NCBI RefSeq assembly: GCF_963921235.1
Contig: NC_086097.1
Span: forward strand, 145,082,001 to 145,146,000
Direction of reading: 5' to 3'
Length of the DNA stretch: 64,000 nucleotides
From: Mobula hypostoma
Taxonomy: Eukaryota
How positions within the stretch are numbered: the stretch's first letter is position 1; the number at the start of each line of letters is the position of its first letter. This document shows, piece by piece, positions 1 through 10,975 of the stretch. The position numbers were made by a program, and so were the translations under genes. A model generated the notes under the pieces. The model was given only the letters and a program-made list of their open reading frames with translations. It had not been told where the DNA came from and searched no databases.

Positions 1-182
1 GTCTCCAGATGCTTTCAAGAAAGAGATGGATAGAGTTCTTAAAGAAAGCAGAATCAAAGGTTACGGGGATAAGGCAGGAACTGGATACTGAGTGTGGATG
101 ATCAGCCATGATCACAGTGAATAGCGGTGCTGGATTGAAGGGCTGAATGGCCTACTCCTGCATCTATTGTCTATTGTCTATT
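1..182 (+). mobile_element. CR1 LINE 3' end fragment
   Basis: CR1-type 3' UTR (gatcagccatgat...aatggcctactcctgc) ending in a (tattgtc)n tail; the same motif ends other CR1 copies in the window. Confidence 0.75.
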
Positions 183-359
183 TCTGTTTTTTGCACGATT
201 TTTAATCTATTCAATATACATATACTGTAATTAATTTACTTACTTACTTAATATTATTATTTTATTTTGCTTTTTTTCTTCTATATTATGTATTGCATTG
301 AACTACTGTTGCTAAGTTAGCAAAGTTCGTGACACATGCATAACCTGATTCTGATTCAA

Positions 360-2232
360 GCCAGCAAATAATATCAAAGTGGATAGTAAAACCTTTTTCA
401 AGTATGTAAAAAATAAAAGAGAGATGAGAGTGGAGATAGGACCACTAGTAAATGAGGCAGGAGAAATAATAACAGGGGACTAGGAGATTGCAGATGAACT
501 AAATGAGTATTTTGCATCAGTCTTCACTGTGGAAGACACTAGCAGTGTGCCTGATGTTGTAGTGTGTGAAGGAAGAGCAGTGAGTGCAATTACTACTACA
601 AGGCAGAAGATGCTCAAAAAGCTGAAAGACCTAAAAGTACATAAGTCACCTGGACCAGATGAACTGCACCCTAGGGATCTGAAAGATGTAGCATTAGAGA
701 TTGTGGCAGCATTAAGAATGATCTTTCAAAAATCATTGGACTCTGGCATGGTGCCAGAGGACTGGAAAATTGCAAATGTCACTCCACTCTTTAAGAAAGG
801 AGGAAGGCAGCAGAAAGGAAATTATAGACCAGTTAGCCTGACCTCAGTGATTGGGAAGATGTTAGAGTCAATTATTAAGGATGAGGTGATGGAGTACTTG
901 GTGACACAGGACAAGATACAACAAATTCCTCACGGTTTCCCTAAGGAAAAATCCTGTCTGATGAACCTATTGGAATTCTTTGAGAAGATTACAAGTAGGA
1001 TGGATAAAGGGGATGCAGTAAATGTTGTACATTTGGACTCTCAGAAGGCCTTTGACAAGGTGCCACACGTGAGACTGCTTACCAAGTTAGGAGCCCGTGG
1101 TATTACAGGAAAGCTACTAACATGATTAGAGCATTGGCTGATTGGAAGAATGCAATGAGTGGGAATAAGAGGATTCTTGTCTGGTTGGCTGCCAGTGACT
1201 AGTGGGGTTCCGCAAGGGCTGGTGTTGGGACCACTTCGTTTTATGCTGTATATCAATAATTTAGCTGATGGAATAAACGGCTTTGTTGCCAAGTTTACAG
1301 TTGCTATGAAGATTGGTGGAGGGGCAGGTATTGTTGAGGAAACACGTAAGATGCAGAAGGACTTAGACAGATTAGGAGAATGGGCAAGAAAGTGGCAAAT
1401 GAAATATAATTTTGGGAAATGCATGGTCATGCACTTTGGTAGTAGAAATAAATGTTTGGACTATTTTCTAAACGGGGAGAAAATCCAAAAATCTGAGATG
1501 CAAAGGGACTTGGGAGTTCTTGTGCAGAACAGCCTAAAGGTTAACTTGCAGGTTGAGTCAGTGATGAGGAAGGCAAATGCAACGTGAGCATTCATTTCAA
1601 GAGTTCTAGAATACAAGAGCAGGGATGTAATGCTGAGACTTTATAAGGCATTGATGAGGCATCACCTTGAGTATTGTGAACAGTTTTGATCTCCTCATCT
1701 TAGAAGAGGTGTGCTGGCATTGGAGAGAGTCCAGAGGAGGTTCACAAGGATGATTCCAGAAATGAAAGGGTTATCATTCAAGGAACGCTTGATGGCTCTG
1801 GGTCTGTACCTGTTCGAATTTAGAAGGATGAGGGGAGATCTCATGGAAACTTTTTGAATGTTGAAAGGACTAGACAGAGTAGATATGGAAAGGATGTTTC
1901 CCATGGTGGGAGAGTCTAGGACAAGAGGGCACAACCTAGGATTGAGGGGTGCCCATTCAAAACAGAGATGCGGAGAAATTTCTTTAGCTGGAGGGTGGTG
2001 AATTTGTGGAATTTGTTGCCATTTGCAGCTGTACCAGGCCAGGTCATTGGGTCTATTTAAGGCAGAGATTGATAGGTTCTTTGTTGGACATGGCATCAAA
2101 GTTTATAGGGAGAAGGCTGGGAAATAGGGTTGAGGAGGAGAAAAAGATGATCAGCCATGATTGAGTGGCAGAGCAGACTCGATGGGCCAAATAGCCTAAT
2201 TTTGCTCCAATTTTTATGTCTTATATCTTAAT
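360..2232 (+). mobile_element. 5'-truncated CR1 LINE, ORF2 reverse transcriptase region plus 3' UTR (disabled)
   Basis: ORFs 529-1125 and 1159-1587 carry KSPGPDELHP, WKIANVTPLFKKG, NYRPVSLTS, KAFDKVPH and SGVPQG motifs, with stops and frameshifts. CR1 3' UTR lies at about 2150-2230. Confidence 0.93.
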
Positions 2233-2304
2233 GGTATGCAAGATAAGCATTTCATTGTACCCCAATACATATAACAATAATAAACCAGTTCCAATTCCAA
2301 TTTC

Positions 2305-2828
2305 ATGTTCTGGTCTCCACAATAGGAATGGAGTGGAGGCTTTGGAAAGGGTGCAGAGGAGTTTCATCAGGATGTTCTATACATTGGAGTGCATTAGACA
2401 TAATGAGCAGTTGGACAAATTTTGAGGGGCTTTTTTTGAAGATTCGGAAGCTGGGGGTGGGTGTTGACCTGATAGAAGCGTATAAAATTAGAGGCACAGA
2501 TAGGTTAGGTAGTCAGAATCCCTTTCTCAGAGTGGAAATATCAAATACTGAAAGGCTTACCTATAAGATGAGAGGAGATTAGTCTATAAGAGACTTAGGA
2601 GGCAAGTCCTTTACATATAAGTGGTGGGTGCCTGGAACATATTGCCAGGAGAAATGTCAGAAACAGACATGATAACACTGTTTAAAAGGCATTTAGAGAG
2701 AGCAATGAACAGGCAGAGAAAGGACAGACCATATACAGACAGACAAAATTAGTTAGATTGGCATTATGGTTGCCACAGATTTGATGGGCCAAAGGTCTTG
2801 TTCCTATCCTGCACAGTTCTATTCTGTG
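2305..2828 (+). mobile_element. Old CR1 3' fragment
   Basis: Degenerate ALERVQRSFIRM and DLIEAYKI motifs with a CR1-like tail. Confidence 0.75.
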
Positions 2829-3104
2829 TAACCAGTTGTGGCCCCAGTGGAGGTATCTCTGATTTGTGGCAACTCATAATTTTATGATTAAAAGGCTTTA
2901 CATTCTTACAAAAATTATTTTTCTAATAGTCCATCCATATATATTATATATATATCTATATATATGAAATTTTCTTACAACCTAGAAAGAGCTCAAATTC
3001 TGTGTGTATGTTGGCTCTCAAATGCTCCCACCAGTCCTATCCACAAATTCATTTTTCTGTTGCTACTCTCTTCCACATAGCCAACAACTCCTTTAATTCT
3101 CCTG

Positions 3105-3305
3105 CCACTGACCCACACTAGCGCAATATATATTGTAGCCAATTAACCCACCAGCACATCTTTGGGATGTGGGAGGAAAAAGTTCACCTTGGAGAAAACC
3201 CATACAACCACAGGGAAAACACATGAACTCTAGGCAGACAGGACTTGGAAGTTAGGACTGAATCCAGACTGCTATTACAGTCCAACAGCAGCACCAACTG
3301 TGGGC
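3105..3305 (-). mobile_element. V-domain (HE1-like) SINE fragment
   Basis: Reverse complement of the SINE core (gagttcatgtgttttccctgtggttgtatgggttttctcc...ttcctcccacatcccaaagatgtg). Confidence 0.6.
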
Positions 3306-3514
3306 CATTACATCTGTACTTGCTTTAATTTTCTTTATCTTCATCACTTTTGCTACCTCAATCCCTGTTATTATAAAATTATCTCCTCCTGTCCGCAGGA
3401 CAAATATTGCTTGACAAACTCAGTAAAGCATTCTGTTGTTTCTGCTCAATTCAATATCAGCTTTCATGCAGGAGGTAAGCCTACATGCTACATTCTTGAG
3501 AAACACAGTGGGAT

Positions 3515-4790
3515 TCAGACCACAAGACATACGAGCAGAATAAGGCATTCGGCCCATTGAGGCTGCCGCGCCATTCAATCATGGCTGATTTATTTTAACT
3601 TTCGACCCCGTTCTGCTGCCTTCTCCTTGTGACCTTTGATGCTCTCTCTAATCAAGAAACTATCAACCTTCGTTTTAAATATACCCAAAGACTTACCCTC
3701 TGCAGACATCAATGGCAATGAATTCCACAGCTTCAACACAATCTGGCTAAAGAAATTCTTCCTTATCTCTGATCCATATCCTCCAAGAGGACCACAGCCT
3801 TGTCATAGGGTTTGGAAGCTTGCGTGCTTCAATGACTCAGAGAGCTAAGTTGGCTGGAGTCAGTGTTTTATGCCTTGGCTCCAAGTAGGGTCACCCATGC
3901 CAAACAAGTCAAAGGGTAGAGGCCAAACAAATAGTGGTCCACCTGTCCTCCAGGTTTGAGGGTTCAGCCCAGGGCTAACAACCCTGACTGGTAAAACAAA
4001 ATTGCTACAGAAATAGCAGTGAACTTCCCTTCTTCATCCGAGTGCGATAGCATTCCTGAGACTCTACCCGGGACTAGCAAGACTGACAGTAGTGAAAACC
4101 AAAAGGAAGCTACTGACATGATGAAAGAAGCCCTGAGCACCAGCAGAGACGGACGACCTTCTTTGCTGCGCTAAATGCCTGCAGCATAATGGGCAGTAAG
4201 TAAGTAACTCCGATCCATCTGCTCTGAGGCTGTGTCTCACACTAATGGAATCATCCTCTGCACATCCACTTTATCTAGGCCTTTCAATAAGATACCAGTC
4301 TCATTCTTCTAAACTCCAATGAGTAGAGGCCCAAAACCATCAAGCACTCCTCATGCATTAACTCTTTCATTCCTGGGGCCATTTTCATGAACTTCCTCTG
4401 GACCCTCTTCAATGACAGCACATCCTTTCTCAGCTATGGGGACCAAAACTGCTTTCAATACACCAAATGCAGTCTGACCAATGGCTTATGAAGCTTCAGC
4501 ATTACATCATTGCTCTTATATTCTAGTTCTCTGGAAATGAACATTTGCAAAAAAAAAGTTCATTATGTCATTTGGATCATTAACATATGATGTGAAAAAT
4601 AGCGACCCAAAACGGACACCTGCAGAAAACCACTAGTCTTCAGCAGCCAGCCAGAAAATAACCTCCTTGTTCTCACTCTTGGTCTTCTGATAGAAGATTC
4701 AGTCAATCTTCTATACATGATAGTATCTTTCTTTGTAATACCATGGGAAATTACCTTGTTTAGTATGACATTTTGTCAAAGGTTTTTCCG
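3515..4790 (-). mobile_element. CR1 fragment (3' end and RT), interrupted by an RTE-derived insert at 3778-4207
   Basis: Reverse-complement similarity to the CR1 at 360-2232. Confidence 0.8.
3778..4207 (+). mobile_element. Short non-autonomous RTE/BovB-related element (5' UTR fused to a (taag)n tail)
   Basis: Begins ggaccacagccttgtc...gtggtccac like BovB/Expander 5' UTRs and ends cagtaagtaagtaa. Flanked by ctctgatccat (3767-3777) and ctccgatccat (4208-4218). Confidence 0.75.
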
Positions 4791-6362
4791 TCGGTTCATC
4801 CCACTTTCTCCAGAGTTGAGGTGAAGTCACGTGTGCCTGCATGGCCCCAACTATGACTTCCTTTTCATTGGCAACATAGAACAATCCATGATCCAAACTT
4901 TCCCTGGTAATGCTCCCAACTCTTCCTCTGCTACATTGACAACTGCATTGGTGCTGCTTCATGCACTCATGTTGAGCTTGTCAATCTCATCAACTTTGCC
5001 TCCAACTTCAACCCTGCCCTTGAATTCACTTGGTGCAGTCCTGACCCCTAACCCCAACACCTCCCCTCCCCCACCCCTTTCTCGATCTCTCTGTCTCCAT
5101 TTCTGGAGACAAACTGTAGAATGACATATTTTATAAACTTCAGAAATTCACAGGACTATCTTCACTTACCTCTTCTTACCTTGTCTCCTGTAAAAATGCT
5201 ATTCCCTTTTCTCAGTTCCTTCGTCTCCACTGCATATGTTCCCAGGATATGGATTTCCTTTCTAGAACATCAGAGATGTCCTCCTTCTTCAAAGAATAGG
5301 GTTTCCCTCTCTCCAAATTGATGCTGCCCTCACCTGCATCTCCTTCATTTCCCAAACATCCGTGTTTACTCCATCTTCTTGCCACCTTAACAGTGATAGA
5401 GTTCCACCCCATGAGCCTCCACATCCAACATATCATTTTCTGCAACATCTGCCATCTCCAAAGGGATCCTACCACCAAACACATATTTACCACCTCGTTC
5501 TCTTCACTTTCCACAGAGGTCACTCCCTCTGTGATTCCCTTGTCCTTTTGTCCTTCACTAATCTTCTCCCTCCCAGCACTTACCCTTGCAAGCAACCATA
5601 GTGCTACACCTGCCCATTCACCTCCTCCCTCATCTCCATTCAGGGCTCCAAACTGTCCTTCCAGGTGAGGTAACACTTCAGCTCTGAATCTGCTGGATCA
5701 TCCAGTGCTCCCAACACAGCCTCCTCTACATTGGTGAGACCCCTTGTAAATTGGAGGACAGCTTCGTTGAGCATCTTCGCTCCATCTGCTGAAAGTGGAA
5801 ATTCTCGTGGCCAAACATTTTAATTCTGAATCCCATTCCCATTTCAACATGTCAGTCCATTGGTTCCTCTTATGGCATGATGAGGCCACCCTCAGGGTGA
5901 GGAGCAACACCTTATATTCCATTTGGGTAGCTTTCAACCTAATACCATGAATTTCAATTTCTCCTTCTGGTAAAAAAATTTCCCTCCCCCTCCCCTCTTC
6001 TTCTATTTCCCACTCTGGCCTCTTACCTCTTCTCACCACCCTATCACCTTCCCTGGATCCCCTCCTCCTTCCCTTTCTCCTATGGTCCACTCTTCTGTCT
6101 TATCAGATTCCTTCCACACCAGCCCATTACCTTTACTACCCACCTGGTTTCACCTATAAACTTCTAGCTATCCTCATTCCCCTCCCCCCACATTTTTATT
6201 CTGTCATCTTCCCCCTTCCTTTCCAGTCCTGAAGAAGAGTCTCAGCCCAAAACGTCAACCGTTTCTTTATTTCCATGGATGCTGCCTGACCTGCTGAGTT
6301 CTTCCAGCAATTTGTATGTGTTGCTTTGGATGCTAGCAGCTGCAGAATTCCTCATGTTTATG
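4790..6362 (+). mobile_element. Penelope-like element (Neptune-type): degraded RT, GIY-YIG region and pLTR tail
   Basis: GPNY motif near 4843, a NAIPFSQFLRL-like segment near 5195, LLYIGET near 5720-5745, a pyrimidine-rich tail, and a degenerate hammerhead (cagtcctgaaga...aaaacgtc) at about 6224-6258. Confidence 0.8.
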
Positions 6363-6367
6363 AGCGT

Positions 6368-9112
6368 CCACTGACTCTGTCCTGCCTGTGATTTCCTCAA
6401 AGTATTCCAAGAAATTTGTCAGGCAAAATTTCCCCTTAAAGAAACCAGGCTGACTTTGGTCTATTTTATCAAGTACTGTACCTCCAAGAACATTACAAAA
6501 CCACTGAAGTCAGGCTAACTGACCTATAACTTCTTGTCTTTTGCCTTCCTCACTTCTAATAGAGTGGAATGACATTTGCAATTTTCCAGTCCCCTGGAAC
6601 CGTTCCAGAATCTATTGATTCTAGAAAGATCATTAGTATTGCTTCCACAATCTCCTCAGCTACCTCTTTCAGACTCCTGGAGTGTAGTCCATCTGTCCAG
6701 GTGATTACCTACCTTCAGACCTTTTAACTTCCAAAGTGCCTTTTCCTTAGTAATAGTGACTATACTAACTTCAGCCCTGGGATACTCTTCAATGTATGGC
6801 ATAGTACTTCCATGGTGCTGAGTTACATCCTAGGATGCATTGAAAGACTATCAGTGATATAACCTGGGGTTTTTGGGTGTTTCGGACCTTTCAACGTTGG
6901 ACACCCTCACCCAGGTGACCCAGCCAGGGTTGATCAGGCCCCAGCTTGTGTCCCAGCAGCATTGTTCCATGGGTCACTCTTCTTGATCCATAGCCATCTG
7001 GAGGCTCATTCAGCAGCCTCTGTGACAGTCTTGATGGCCCTTTTCTTTACAGTCTTCATAATGCCAAGGAGAAAATAGGTTCTGCATAGCAAGCAGCCAG
7101 CAAAACCTCTACACCCCACCTCTATGGACTCACATTGTGCCACCCATCCCTGTTTCTAGTACTGTTCTACCAGCTCCTGGTGCTTGGCTTTCTTATGCTC
7201 AAAGACTTCCTCAATCCCATCTTCCCAAGATACTGTCAGTTCTACCATGACCAAATGCTTTGGGGTTTCTGATAGATTGACCATGTCAGACCCCAGTGAT
7301 GATGATACAATAAAGTTAGGGAACTTTAATTGCTTGCCAAGATCGACTTTCAGTTCTCAATCAGACGCTGTAGCAAGAAAGCCCGCTGGTGATCTGGACT
7401 GAAGCTGAGCTTTCTGTGTTGGCGGAGGTGCTTACAGTTGTTAATGGCCGAGGAGGTACTTTCTACCACTGCCTTCAGCAGCCATTCATGGTGCCAGCTG
7501 TAGTGTCCTTCTCCCTAGGCCTAGACAGGACGGTGTACACAGGCTGGATCATGAACTCGATGTGCTGGGGTTCAGCCTGCCAGATGTTGCACAAGGACAT
7601 CTACTTCAGCGCACCCTGCCACCATGTTCAAGCTCCCTGCTGCCTCATTCCTATTATCCTGGAGGTACGCACTTTCTCAGTACAGCTACTTGCCCCTCTT
7701 CCTGGACCAGTTTGCATCTGCCCCTGCCCTGGGCCCTGTCCAGCTCCACCCAACTAGACAGCACTGTCCTTGCCAGATCCCCGTGCATCAGATGTTTCTC
7801 AGCCATCTTCACTGTGTCCTTGGCCTTCCGTTTACTGCCTGTATGGGCTTCAATGCCTGCTGTCAAGACTTTGGGATCGCTGGTATCTCTGTACAGAGTC
7901 AATTCTCTTGTATGGAAAACCATGAACTCCTCATACAGGCTGCTGAAGGGAAGCTACAGTTTATCCGTCTTCCCATACAAAGCAATGTTGCTCAGGCTAC
8001 GTGGGAGGCCCAGCCATCTTCGAAAGTAGCCATTGATCTTTCTTTCAGGAACCTCAACTACTGACATGAGCACCTCATATACCAGCATGGGCCAAAGGAT
8101 TCATGGGAGGATGCCATGCTGTTAGATCCAGGCCTTGAACTTGCCAGGTAGATCTGACTTGTCCAGAACTGGTGAGCCAGACTTCTAACTCCTTGGGGGT
8201 CTTCTGGATGGCAGCCGCATCTCTTAGCCTGCAGTCAAAGACCTTCCCCAGGCTCTTGACTCATTTCTCAGAGATGGATGGGAAAACAATACCATCCAAG
8301 GAGAAATGGAACTTGTCCATGAGTCTGCCTTTCTTTAACAGTAGACACTTGGCTTTCTCTGACTTAAGGCTCATCCTTGTCCATGTGATGAACCTCTCTA
8401 ACCCCTGAAAGGTCCATCTGCTGCTAGGGATTGATGTAGTTGTCACTGTGAGATCATCTATGACGGTTCTAATTGGGGGCTACTGCACATCTGCCTTAGT
8501 CAGAGGGCCTCTGCACTCCACTTCAACTGCTTTAAAGGGCATGTTCATGTTTAGGGAGAAGCGGATCATGGCATTGTACATCTAGTTATAATACCCTTCT
8601 CAAGCCGTGCCAACCTGATATGGTCATGCCTAAGGAGACTCACAATCTGAAGTTCCCGTAGTAATCCAGTATGAGGTCCTTTATCTTCCTTGGAACACAA
8701 TATCAGTTCAGAGTGATCTTCAGCAGCTTATGTGGTAATGACCCATGTGCATTGGCAAGGTCTGATGCAAAATACTTACTGTTCATCTGCCATTTCCTTG
8801 TCCGCTATTACTATCTCTACTACCTCTCCAGCATCATTTTCCAGCTGTCCAATATTTACTCATGCCTCTTTTTTATTCTTTATATATCTGAAAAGATACA
8901 GTGGCCTCTTTTATATTACAGTACTGCTTAGCCTACCTTTATATTAAATCTTTTCTCTCCTTATTGCTATTTTTAGTTGACCTTCTGCTGGTTTTTAAAT
9001 GCTAATTTTTGTTATACTGTACATACTCTCTTTTGCTTTAACACTGTCTTTGACTTCCCTTGTCACTCATGGTTGCCTCATCCTCCCTATTGTATGCTTC
9101 TCCTTCTTTGGG
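6368..9112 (-). mobile_element. CR1 ORF2 fragment split by the Hero insertion (6368-6817 and 8757-9112)
   Basis: Reverse complement matches the CR1 RT N-terminal region (compare 400-980); the sequence resumes at ctgatgcaaaatac after the insert. Confidence 0.75.
6818..8756 (-). mobile_element. Hero-clade (restriction-like endonuclease) non-LTR retrotransposon, 5'-truncated and disabled
   Basis: Minus-strand translation gives an RT tail (LERFITWTRMSLKSEKAKCLLLKKG), DTSDPKVLTAGIEAHTG and an RLE domain (MVELTVSWEDGIEEVFEHKKAKHQEL...IEVGCRGFAG). The 3' UTR (ctgatcaaccctggctgggtcacctggg...) resembles Hero elements as I recall them. Confidence 0.8.
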
Positions 9113-10029
9113 AGTGTAGACCTGAATTCACAATGGCCATCTGGCTTTTCTGATCAGAGGCAGCATGAATTATTTACAATCTCTCAATTATCTCATTAGA
9201 CAAAAGACAATGACACAAATATCTGAGACACTCTCCACTAGAAAGTTTGTTTTTTACACTCAGATACTTTGTTTTAAGCATCCACACCCTCTCCCTCAAA
9301 TCGAACAATATGGTTTGCCCTCAAGAACATGTCCACCTCACACATTTGTCATAAGCAGCAAGGCTCCTTCTATAACTCGATTGGGTCCAAGCTGCCATTT
9401 TATTCTGTTCTCACTTTAACAATTACAACCCACATATTCATCGTCACTTCACACTGTCCTTTATTTCATCCCTGCTTAAGTCCCAACTCAGTTATAATCA
9501 CTTCAAGAGTGCATATTGATGTTACTGTAATGAATTATCTGGTTTTAATTTCACTGTAAGACCAGGTGTGTAAGACTTTTCAATGTGTTTGACAACTTTG
9601 CTGCTTCAGGCAACTTTAATTCTTTTCTGTCCTATCCTTGTCACTAATGCAATGTCTATGTCCCTCTGGGTTCCTTGTACCTCATCACTAAAGTGCGGTC
9701 TATACAGAGTAACTTATAGGATGCAAGGAGAACTCAAAATGCTGTGCCAGCTTTATTAAAAGTTCTTCTGAGATTGTTTACATGCACAAAGCAATATTGA
9801 CATGATCAATACATCATGCAGTAATGCTAGATATAAATACTACAGAAATGGATCCAGTCTCTTTTTGAAATTTGCTCTTCAGTCTGAATTCACTACCCTG
9901 TAGCAATGCATTCCAGATCAGAATAGTGCACATTTCATCACTCACCTTTTCCATTTGCTAGTTACTTCAATTCCGTACTCCCTGTTGGTTGACCCTTGTG
10001 TTATGAAAATGCCTAATCAATTAAAACGC

Positions 10030-10284
10030 TGTGGCAGCTTGCCCACACGGCAAGCAAAGCGGCTCCAGCAGTCGCGGGCGAGTCCGCAGCCAGCAGCAAC
10101 CGAGAGGGCTCTGAGTGTGGGGCAGACCTCGGCCCAGAAGCCAACGTCACTTCCGCCCCGCAAAGAGCAGGGGATGCTGGGAGCGGGCACTTAAGCGCGC
10201 GCGGATTGAAACAGTAAACAGTTCAACCAGACCCTGCTCGACTCAGTGTGTTGTTTTCACTCGTTGCGTATCAGCGCGACCACA
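10030..10284 (+). repeat. 5' LTR
   Basis: tgtggcagc...cgcgaccaca; direct repeat of 14036-14290. Confidence 0.95.
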
Positions 10285-10285
10285 T

Positions 10286-10299
10286 TGGTGACCCCGACG
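10286..10299 (+). promoter_or_regulatory. Primer-binding site complementary to the tRNA-Trp 3' end
   Basis: tggtgaccccgacg immediately follows the 5' LTR; vertebrate tRNA-Trp ends ...cgucggggucacca. Confidence 0.88.
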
Positions 10300-10322
10300 G
10301 TCCAACGGCATTTGGACCCAGC

Positions 10323-10975
10323 ATGAACTACTCGGCTCTGCAAAATGCAGTTTCCCTTAAACTGCCAACCTTCTGAACCACTCAACCCCTGGTCTGGATC
10401 GAGCAAGCAGAGGCCCAGTTCCAAGTCAGGCAAATTGTCTCAGACGCCACCAGGTATTACTACGTGGTGAGCCCCCAGCAACAGGCATGTACAAGGCACT
10501 CAAGGCCCTCTTAAACCGCATATTTGGCCGTTCCCTCCTTGAACGGGCCGGGCGGTTACCGCATATGGACGGCCTGGGCGACCGCACGCCATCAGTCCTA
10601 ATGAGTGACATGCTAGCACCGGCAGACGACCATAAGCGTTGCCTGCTTTTTGAACAGATCTTCCTGGAACAAATGCCAGAAGACATCCGCCTCCTGCTGG
10701 CAGATGAAGACTTCAGAGACCCCTGCAGGGTGGCTGCCCATTCGGACATGCTTTGGCGCGCCAAACAAGATGGCAGAACCACCATCGGAATTAGTGCTGC
10801 AGCAGTGCCAAAAGTCCAGCCCTCCCGCACCCCAGCAGCGGAGCACTGAACACCCACACCAAGGGATGGCACCACTTCTGAGTCTTGGTGTTTTTATCAT
10901 CAAAGGTGGGTTCCGGGGCCCGCCGCTGCTGACTGCCATGGTCGTTCCAGGGAAACGCCAGGATCAGCTGTCACT
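10323..10975 (+). pseudogene. gag: Gypsy gag (disrupted)
   Basis: Starts MNYSALQNAVSLKLPTF*, includes ORF 10487-10849 (LGDRTPSVLMSDML...FEQIFLEQMPEDIR), and has a degenerate CHCC knuckle (WCFYHQRW...C) at about 10886-10945. Confidence 0.85.

Noticed and set aside
6870..6910. Hammerhead in the Hero 3' UTR (cgaaac within a hairpin)
   Set aside because: This copy has no CUGANGA box; it is treated only as a stem-loop.
7184..8064. Cluster of overlapping plus-strand ORFs
   Set aside because: These are antisense shadows of the minus-strand Hero coding region.
9115..9706. Possible solo LTR (tgtagacc...ggtctataca)
   Set aside because: The terminal inverted repeat is imperfect and there is no clean TSD, so support is insufficient.
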